A DNA stretch of 64,000 nucleotides from Anaerolineae bacterium (lineage in GTDB: Bacteria; Chloroflexota; Anaerolineae; S140-20): contig JALUTT010000077.1 of assembly GCA_027021705.1 (NCBI GenBank), positions 62,586-126,585 on the forward strand. The letters run 5' to 3'. Numbering within the stretch: position 1 is the stretch's first letter; every line of letters starts with the position of its first letter. Below, in pieces: positions 57,255 through 64,000 of the stretch. The notes under the pieces were generated by a model. The model was not told where the DNA came from, searched no databases, and worked only from the letters and a program-made list of their open reading frames with translations. The position numbers and the translations under genes were made by a program.

Positions 57255-57773
57255 TCAAGAGCCCCCGGAAAAGGGATGGCGCTCCGGAGTTCCTGCGTGC
57301 AGCCGTTCGTAGAGGCGTCCGAAGCCCATAGGACCTGCCTCTAGGTCCATCGCCACCGTCACCGTCTTGGCCCGGTCCGCCATGCGCACGGTGATGTAGG
57401 CTGCCGGCTGGCCCGCTTCCCCCGTCTTCGGTCCGTACCAATCCTCCCATTGGAAGAACCCTTCTTCGATGATGAACCGGAAGAGGTTGGCCAGCTCCTC
57501 CTCGCTCAGACGGCCCTCCCAGAGGGTGGGTTGTCCTTGGGCGTCGTACTCGACCCAGACGATGCGCCCATCCCCCCACACCCGCACGTCGGGAACCCGG
57601 TCCTGCGCTCCGGCGGTAGTCAGCGGCCCGCCGAGGACGTCGGCCTCGATGACCAGGGCCTCGGGGCGGCGGTCCCAATCCACCGGGATGGGGGTGACGG
57701 GGACCCGACAGCCGACCGGCAGAAAGGTCATAACCATCAGGCTCAAGAGGACAGCAGCGACTCTTCGGGCCAT
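57255..57773 (-). CDS. Hypothetical lipoprotein
   Basis: ATG 57773 after GGAGAG; lipobox-like LPVGC; upstream TTGCTC-N17-TATAAT (57818-57846). Confidence 0.6.
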   Translation of the reverse strand: MARRVAAVLLSLMVMTFLPVGCRVPVTPIPVDWDRRPEALVIEADVLGGPLTTAGAQDRVPDVRVWGDGRIVWVEYDAQGQPTLWEGRLSEEELANLFRFIIEEGFFQWEDWYGPKTGEAGQPAAYITVRMADRAKTVTVAMDLEAGPMGFGRLYERLHAGTPERHPFSGGS

Positions 57774-57852
57774 CGGACTCTCCAGAACGGGCATGGCTCC
57801 GGGCGTTTCCACCCTTCATTATACCCCACGCCCAACCAGAGAGCAAGGGAGT

Positions 57853-57977
57853 GACGGCCGCGGGCCGAGCGGCATAGCGGCCTGGCGGCCTGGCGGCGGA
57901 CTGCGTAGCCGACCACGGACCGCCGACCGCCGACCGCCGACCGCCGACCGAGGACTAAGGACTACGGACCAAGGACC
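57853..57977. repeat. Composite 7/8-mer tandem tract
   Basis: (GCGGCCTG)n, (CCGCCGA)n, (AGGACTA)n; overlaps the stop of the VIT gene. Confidence 0.75.
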
Positions 57978-60303
57978 ATCCAACCACCCCAAGCATCAGC
58001 CCCAGCAGCAGGGCTCCCAGGCAGAGGCCGGTCTTCTCCGCCATCGGTTCGGTGGAGGGGGCGGGCGTGGACGACGGGTTGCCGACCTGAGCCGTCGGGC
58101 CGGCCTCCGGCGTGGCCGGGAGCGGGGTGGGCAGCTCGATGGGCTCCCCCTCCCCCTCGACGACCTGGTAGGCTGTCTCCCCCACGACGACGATCACCCG
58201 GCGGCCCAGGGCGAAGTAGGCCCCCAGGTCCGGTCGGGCCTCCAGCAGCCGGAAGTAGTCCTCCGACCCGAAGCCTACCCGCCGGGGCTGCATCCGGGCG
58301 GGGTCGAAGGTCGTGTCGGTCCAGACGCCCTCGCGCAGGACGAAGGTCTTGGGGCCGACGACGCGCACGGGCGCGGCCTCCGGGCCGGCCTCCCCCGGCA
58401 TCCCCGTCGGCACCTCCATCGGCACCTCCGCCTCCCGCATCCCGCCCACCTCGGCCGCCTTCTCCACGGCGGGCGCACCCACCGCCTCCGCCGTGGCGGC
58501 CGGGAACTGGGAGAGCATATCCTCGGCGGCCCGACGCCGGCCCTCCTCTGTCAGGACCTCGGTCGGCTCCTCTACCAGGTAGGAGGTGTAGGGGGTGACG
58601 ATGCCGTAGCGGACGCTGAGGGCCACGATCTCGTCCACCAGCTCCCGGCTCTCGCCGTGCAGCCGGATCTGGTCCAGCAGGTAGCCGATCTTGCGGGTCG
58701 CCCAGAGGCGGGGGATGGCCGGATCGCCCCCCTGCCGGCGGAAGGTCAGGCCCTCGTAGGTGAACACCTGGAGGCGGTCGTCCACCCGCCCGGTGAGGCG
58801 GAGGCGGGCCGTCCCGCCCTCGCGGTAGCGCCCGACGACGATCAACTGGCTGCCGGCGAAGAGGTCGGGCAGGGGGTAGGGGTAGAGGTCCTCGACCTGA
58901 ACCCCCTCCACCTCCAGGCGCAGGTCGGTCAGCACCGGGGTGCTGATCTTGGCGTAGAGGCCGGAGACCACCTCGTCAATCCGCTCGCCGGGCCGGACGT
59001 AGAGGCTGACCCCACCGTGCTCCCGGGCCAGCGTGTCCAGCAGCACCGTGTTCACGTCGTCCCCCACGCCGAAGGTGAAGACCCGCACGTTGGGGGGCAG
59101 CGCCTGGGTCACGTTGTTCAGGATCTCCGGCACCTCCACCACGCCGCTGGTGGGGAGGCCGTCGGTCAGGAAGAGGAGCACCGTGGGGCGGGTGGGGTCC
59201 ACGCCGGCCAGCGTCTCCAGCAGCGCCCGGTTGATGTCGGTGCCGCCGACCGCCTGCAGCCCATCCACCCAGCGCAGGGCGGCCTCCCGCTCCTTCAGGG
59301 GCTGCGGAGAGCGGGCGAAGGTGCGCACGCCGGTGCTGAAGTCGGTGATGTTGAAGCGGTCCTCGGGGTTCAGGTGCTCCAGCACGTAGCGCAGCGCCGC
59401 CTTGGCCTGGTCCAGCTTCTCCCCCTCCATCGAGCCGGAGGTGTCCAGCACCAGCAGCACGTCGCGGGCCACCACCGCCTCCTGCTCCACCGCGACCCGA
59501 GGGGCGACCAGGAGCAGGAAGAAGCCGTCTTCTTCACCCTCGCGGAAGCTGAGCAGGTTGGCCCCCACCTCCTCGGGGGAGACGGTGTAGTAGAGGACGA
59601 AGTCCCGGTCGGGCAGCACGTCCTGGGCCTCGTAGCCGACCGTGGCGTGGTAGTCGTCGGGCCGGTCCACCGCCACCCGGTGGCTGGAGGAGTAGACCGC
59701 CTTGATGGGCACATCCGACTCGATGGAGACGTTGATGCTGACCGACTCCAAGGGGCGGGCGGAGAAGCGCTCGGTGTCCAGGGGATAGACGTAGCGGACC
59801 AGTCCGTCTTCGATGGGGAGCACCTGGCTGTACTCCAGTTCGATGCGGCGCTCCTCCCCCGGCGGGATGGGGAAGATGCGCACTTGGAAGGCTCCCCGGC
59901 CCAGGTACTCCAGGAGGGCGGGGTCACGGCGCCGGCGGACGATCTCCTCGTAGATGCGCCGGGCCTGGTCGGCATCCAGCACCTTCCCCTCGACCCGCCG
60001 GCCGTCCACCCACATCGCGAAGTCCTGGACGGAGGCATCGGCGGGCAGGGGGAAGATGTAGGTCCCTTCCAGCTCCCAGCGGGATTCGTTGACGAAGACC
60101 TGGTCCACCCGGGTGGTGGCCACCTGGTCCTTGATCGTCACCGTCACCCGATGGCTCTTGATGGTCAGCCAGACCGGCTCCGGGGCGGGCGGGAGCGGCG
60201 GCGGGTCCACGATGATGATGCCGTCGGCCGCTGCCGGCAGGACCGTGGTCAGGGAGAGCAGGATGCTCAGGACAAGGGTAGCGAAGACGGTGCGGCTCCT
60301 CAT
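57955..60303 (-). CDS. Secreted VIT + vWA domain protein (inter-alpha-trypsin inhibitor-like)
   Basis: Signal peptide, VIT (EGTYIFPLP, DPALLEY), MIDAS DTSGS, GGTDI, FLTDG, LWATRKI, C-terminal TM. Confidence 0.9.
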   Translation of the reverse strand: MRSRTVFATLVLSILLSLTTVLPAAADGIIIVDPPPLPPAPEPVWLTIKSHRVTVTIKDQVATTRVDQVFVNESRWELEGTYIFPLPADASVQDFAMWVDGRRVEGKVLDADQARRIYEEIVRRRRDPALLEYLGRGAFQVRIFPIPPGEERRIELEYSQVLPIEDGLVRYVYPLDTERFSARPLESVSINVSIESDVPIKAVYSSSHRVAVDRPDDYHATVGYEAQDVLPDRDFVLYYTVSPEEVGANLLSFREGEEDGFFLLLVAPRVAVEQEAVVARDVLLVLDTSGSMEGEKLDQAKAALRYVLEHLNPEDRFNITDFSTGVRTFARSPQPLKEREAALRWVDGLQAVGGTDINRALLETLAGVDPTRPTVLLFLTDGLPTSGVVEVPEILNNVTQALPPNVRVFTFGVGDDVNTVLLDTLAREHGGVSLYVRPGERIDEVVSGLYAKISTPVLTDLRLEVEGVQVEDLYPYPLPDLFAGSQLIVVGRYREGGTARLRLTGRVDDRLQVFTYEGLTFRRQGGDPAIPRLWATRKIGYLLDQIRLHGESRELVDEIVALSVRYGIVTPYTSYLVEEPTEVLTEEGRRRAAEDMLSQFPAATAEAVGAPAVEKAAEVGGMREAEVPMEVPTGMPGEAGPEAAPVRVVGPKTFVLREGVWTDTTFDPARMQPRRVGFGSEDYFRLLEARPDLGAYFALGRRVIVVVGETAYQVVEGEGEPIELPTPLPATPEAGPTAQVGNPSSTPAPSTEPMAEKTGLCLGALLLGLMLGVVGWSLVRSP

Positions 60304-60356
60304 CGTTCTCCTCCATCGCGCATCGCGCAGGGTGTCGCCGGTGTCATTCGTTCACC

Positions 60357-60476
60357 GTGTCTACTCAGCCTACCCTCCCGCAGGTTACCGGTCGAGGTGC
60401 TTTCAGCCCCGATGGGCTGTTTGAAGCACGGCTTCGCGTCGGAACACGTCTAACCTGCGGGAGGGTGAACGGTTAC
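60357..60476. mobile_element. 120-bp MITE-like element, copy with 8-bp target-site duplication
   Basis: Flanked by CGTTCACC at 60349-60356 and 60477-60484. Confidence 0.8.
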
Positions 60477-60517
60477 CGTTCACCTTGTAGACGCCGATGG
60501 GATGGAGGAGGTTCCCG

Positions 60518-61015
60518 TCAAAGGACGTCGGCAGGCTCGCCCGAGGCCGGCGCTCTCAGGCCGGGGCGGCTCACCCGCCCGACCCCCCAGCCCACCAGCA
60601 GGCCGGCCACCGCGTCGGAGAGGTGGTGGACCCCCAGCGCTACCCGGGAGAGGCCCACCAGGATGGCCCAGAAGAAGAGGAGGGGGCGGGCGACCGGGCC
60701 GACGAGGGGGGAGAGGGCGGTGGCGACGGCCATCGCCCGGCAGGCGTGACCGGAGGGGAAGCTGTGGGCATCGGGGCCCAGGTAGGGGCGGTTGGAACTG
60801 CCCGGCGGTCGCTGACGCCGGAAGAGCCCTTTGAGGGCCAGAGTGACCAGGGCGGCGACGAGGGTCGCCCGCCCAATGGCCCGTCCCCGGGTCCGCCAAC
60901 GCGCCTCCGGCCGCCGCCAGGCGACCAAGCTGAGGAGCGTCCACACCCAGATGTCGCCGGAGCGGGCGAGGAGAAAAGCCAACCGTCGAAGCCACCCATT
61001 GCGTACAGCTTGCAT
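60518..61015 (-). CDS. PAP2-family phosphatase
   Basis: K...R.RP, SFPSGH, SRVALGVHHLSD; start uncertain. Confidence 0.85.
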   Translation of the reverse strand: MQAVRNGWLRRLAFLLARSGDIWVWTLLSLVAWRRPEARWRTRGRAIGRATLVAALVTLALKGLFRRQRPPGSSNRPYLGPDAHSFPSGHACRAMAVATALSPLVGPVARPLLFFWAILVGLSRVALGVHHLSDAVAGLLVGWGVGRVSRPGLRAPASGEPADVL

Positions 61016-61058
61016 AGAACCACCGCTGATCCAGAGGATGCAGGTCCCACGGGGAGGA

Positions 61059-61165
61059 ATTATAGCCGATTACCGACCGCCGAGCAACGGGTGTCAACGG
61101 CCGACGGCAGACCGAGGACCGAAGACCAAGGACTATTTGCCGATTTTCCAATCCTGGAGTACAAT
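61059..61165. promoter_or_regulatory. Divergent sigma70 promoters
   Basis: Minus: TTGCTC-N17-TATAAT (61059-61087). Plus: TTGCCG-N17-TACAAT (61137-61165). Confidence 0.55.
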
Positions 61166-61320
61166 CCCTGGTCGTATTCTAGAAGCCCACCGGTGGGGTT
61201 CATCCATCCTGCCTACGCCGACGCTGCTTTGCCGACCTCCGCAGGCCGGTCGAGCAGCTTCCTCGCTGTTTAGGGCCGTTGTGCCCGAAACCACTTTCAC
61301 AAGGAGCAAGTAGAAGGCCT

Positions 61321-64000
61321 ATGGACGAGACACCCGGAAATGCCACCTCATCCGAGAGCGCCGAGGCTTCGTCCCGTTTCGCGTCCTTTGCCCTCCCCTC
61401 CCTCGTGCCAAGGGTCCGTCGGCTCCAGGTAGCGCTTCAGGATCACGTGGGGATCCTGGGCTTGGTCGTCGTCGTGGTCCTCACCTTCCTCTTCCTGCCC
61501 CCCTTTCAGGTCGTGCGCCGCCTGGGGGAGTCCGGCTACACCTTCTTCTCCGCCGAGCAGCCCACTGTGGTCCACCCCGATGGCCTCACCGTCCAGGTGG
61601 ACCCCGATGACCTCCAGGGCCGGTTTGGCGTGCGGCTCAGCGCCGTACCCTCGTTGAACTTCCTGGAGGGCTCGGCGGGCAAGGCCCTCTACAAGGCTGT
61701 GGAGGCCCTTCCTCCCTACCTGACGGTCAAGAGCCCTTACTACCGTCTGGAGAGCCGGGGGACGACACCCCGCCAGGTGGAGATCCGGGTGCAGATCCCG
61801 CCCGACCTCCAGTCCTGGATGGCGCTGGACCTCTACACCTGGGATGGCGAGCGCTGGTCCTGGGTAGGCGGTCGCCGAGATGCCCAGGCGGGGGAACTGG
61901 TCCTGCGCACCGACGAAGTGCCCGCCTCCCTTGTCCTCGTCCAAGCGGCCGCGCAGCCCCCGGTGGTGGGGGTGGAGTTGCCGGCCGGCACCACCCTGGC
62001 CGGCAGCGCGATGGGCGACCTGATCACCCAGGTCTACCCCCTGGGTCTCCTCCTGGGCCTGGACGGCGGGGTGACCGGCGATCCTGACCGGCTGCTCCAG
62101 CCCTCGGCAGGCGATCCCTACCCCCTGCTCCCCTCGCTGCGCAACTGGTCGGCGGAGACGGGCCGGGTCAACCAGGGGCTCCTGAATGACCTGTTGAGCG
62201 ACCCGACCCTCCAGCAGACCCACATCGAGACCATCGTCCGGCTGGTGGTCGAGCGGGGTTACGCCGGGGTGGACGTGGACTACCGAGGCGTGACGCCCGA
62301 GGCCCGGGAGGCCTACACCGCCTTCATCCAGGCGTTGGCCCGGGCTCTCCACGATCAGAACCGGCTGCTCTCGGTGACCGTCGAGGCTCCGCAGCCGGCC
62401 CCCGATGGAGCGTGGGACACCGGCGGCTACGACTGGCGGCGGCTGGGGATGGCGGCCGATTTCCTCCGCTTCCCCCTGCACCGAACGGGTGGGGAGCGGC
62501 TGGAGGACCTGCTGGCCTGGGCGACCGGTGAGGTGAGCCGCTACAAGCTCCAGCCCATCCTCACCTCCCTCAGCGTGGATGAGGTGGCGGGCACAGAGAC
62601 CTTCGTGAGCTACCAGGAGGCCCTCTCGCACCTGGGATCGGTGCAGGCCGAGCCCTCGGCTTCCGTCGTGATGCCGGGGCAGGCGGTCCGCCTGGACCTG
62701 CAGGACCCCCGCCTCCGCTACGACAAGGCGGCGGGCCGCTACACCTACATCTACCAGGACGCTGCCGGACAACTGCACACCGTCTGGCTGAGCACGCCTT
62801 CTGACCTGGCTGCTCAACTGGACCAGGTGCTCCGTTACCAACTGGGAGGGGTCACCATCCGGGGGCTGTTGGAGCCGGGCAACGCGCCGGGGATGACCGA
62901 CGTCGTCCGCAGCTACCGGGATCAGGCGCTGGCCCAGGTCCCGCCCTCCCTGCAGGTGCTCTGGACGGTGCAGGGGCCGGAGGGGCCGGTCCAGGAGACC
63001 CGGCCTCTGGATTCGCCCTCCTACGAGTGGACGGTGCCGGACCGACCGGGACAGCAGGTGGTGATCGCGGCGGCGCTCCAGGGGAGCGGGGCGGTGCCGC
63101 TGGGCGAGGTGGCCCTGCGTATCGCCACCCCGACGCCGGAGGCCACGCCGACCCCTACCGCGATGCCTGCCGCGGCCGCCGGCATCACCTCTACCGTCGG
63201 GGCGACCCCTACCCCGATCGCCGCTGACTGCCTGGATGCGGCTTTCGTCGCCGACGTCACCATCCCGGATGATACCCAGTTGGACAACGGGGCGGCCTTT
63301 GAGAAGACGTGGCGGTTGAGCAACAACGGCTCCTGCGAGTGGCCGGCCGACACCGTGCTGGCCTTCGTCAGCGGGGAGCCGATGGGAGCGCCTGCCAGCG
63401 TCACCGTGGGGCCGGTTGCGCCGGGCAAGAGTGTGGACATTACCGTGAAGATGACGGCGCCGGCGGAACCGGGACGCTACCGGGGCTACTGGCAGCTCCA
63501 GGCCGGCGGGACGACCTTTGGTGACCAGGTCTACGTCCAGATCATCGCCGGAGAGCTGCCCACGCCGACGCCGGGGGCCCCTCCGCCCTCGTCACCGCCG
63601 CCCGTAGCCCGGGGGAACTTCGAGCTGGGTGGGCACATCCGCACCTGGAACTACGTCCAGCAGATGAAGTACGCCGGGATGACCTGGGCCAAGACCCAGG
63701 TCCACTACGGCCAGGATGCCTCCGGCTGGATCAACGCGGCCCACGCCAACGGCTTCAAGATCCAGTTGAGCGCCCTGGGGCGGCCCGATATGGTGACCCA
63801 GCCGGGCTTTGAGCAGAGCTTCGCCACCTGGGTGGCGAGCCTGGCCGCTGCCGGGGCGGACGCCATCGAGGTCTGGAACGAGCCCAACATTGACCGGGAG
63901 TGGCAGATCGGCTACATCAGCCCTCAGGCCTACACCAACCTGCTCTGCACCGCCTACCAGGCCATCAAGGCGGCCAATCCCAACACCCTCGTCATCAGCG
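61321..64000 (+). CDS. Membrane-anchored multidomain glycoside hydrolase-like protein (GH18-like, NBR1-Ig-like, clan-A GH), runs off the window end
   Basis: Open from ATG 61321 (not in the ORF track, no stop); TM helix; GYAGVDVDYR; DVTIPD...FEKTWRLSNNGSCEW; AIEVWNEPN. The minus ORF 61348..62841 is its shadow. Confidence 0.8.
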   Translation, partial: MDETPGNATSSESAEASSRFASFALPSLVPRVRRLQVALQDHVGILGLVVVVVLTFLFLPPFQVVRRLGESGYTFFSAEQPTVVHPDGLTVQVDPDDLQGRFGVRLSAVPSLNFLEGSAGKALYKAVEALPPYLTVKSPYYRLESRGTTPRQVEIRVQIPPDLQSWMALDLYTWDGERWSWVGGRRDAQAGELVLRTDEVPASLVLVQAAAQPPVVGVELPAGTTLAGSAMGDLITQVYPLGLLLGLDGGVTGDPDRLLQPSAGDPYPLLPSLRNWSAETGRVNQGLLNDLLSDPTLQQTHIETIVRLVVERGYAGVDVDYRGVTPEAREAYTAFIQALARALHDQNRLLSVTVEAPQPAPDGAWDTGGYDWRRLGMAADFLRFPLHRTGGERLEDLLAWATGEVSRYKLQPILTSLSVDEVAGTETFVSYQEALSHLGSVQAEPSASVVMPGQAVRLDLQDPRLRYDKAAGRYTYIYQDAAGQLHTVWLSTPSDLAAQLDQVLRYQLGGVTIRGLLEPGNAPGMTDVVRSYRDQALAQVPPSLQVLWTVQGPEGPVQETRPLDSPSYEWTVPDRPGQQVVIAAALQGSGAVPLGEVALRIATPTPEATPTPTAMPAAAAGITSTVGATPTPIAADCLDAAFVADVTIPDDTQLDNGAAFEKTWRLSNNGSCEWPADTVLAFVSGEPMGAPASVTVGPVAPGKSVDITVKMTAPAEPGRYRGYWQLQAGGTTFGDQVYVQIIAGELPTPTPGAPPPSSPPPVARGNFELGGHIRTWNYVQQMKYAGMTWAKTQVHYGQDASGWINAAHANGFKIQLSALGRPDMVTQPGFEQSFATWVASLAAAGADAIEVWNEPNIDREWQIGYISPQAYTNLLCTAYQAIKAANPNTLVIS

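Noticed and set aside
61016..61050. Frameshifted 5' extension of the PAP2 gene (DLHPLDQRWF in another frame)
   Set aside because: Plausible-looking but short; the catalytic motifs are intact downstream and it cannot be supported without homologue alignment.

Overview
A 64-kb, GC-rich bacterial chromosome segment. The gene repertoire (multi-GAF kinases, Pro/Thr-linker surface proteins, CpaF, W-AOR, CooS) suggests an anaerobic Chloroflexota/Anaerolineae-like organism; that placement is inference only. Core content: GAF/PAS histidine kinases, an ECF sigma/anti-sigma locus, guaB, a cooF-cooS-flavoprotein CO dehydrogenase cluster, aldehyde:ferredoxin oxidoreductase, dnaX-ybaB-recR, tRNA-Val(GAC), feoAB, and a long + strand run (mtnA, CDP-dideoxysugar genes, PfkB kinase, GNAT, DUF167, DUF92). 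Defence-type cargo is interleaved inside these operons: an ABC-ATPase + TOPRIM-like pair, an SPPY methyltransferase + NgoMIV-like nuclease, and MNT-HEPN. The most striking element is a 1795-aa NLR-like STAND protein (47658-53045). It has two candidate amyloid-signalling motifs and 27 near-identical helical repeats, each with a swappable 5-residue variable cassette. It is followed by a 1.6-kb nested field of palindromic and tandem repeats. Two MITE-like families (120 bp with 8-bp target-site duplications; 155 bp with 13-bp terminal inverted repeats) and many 7/8-mer intergenic repeat tracts are dispersed through the window. All calls come from reading motifs by eye; no database searches were run.
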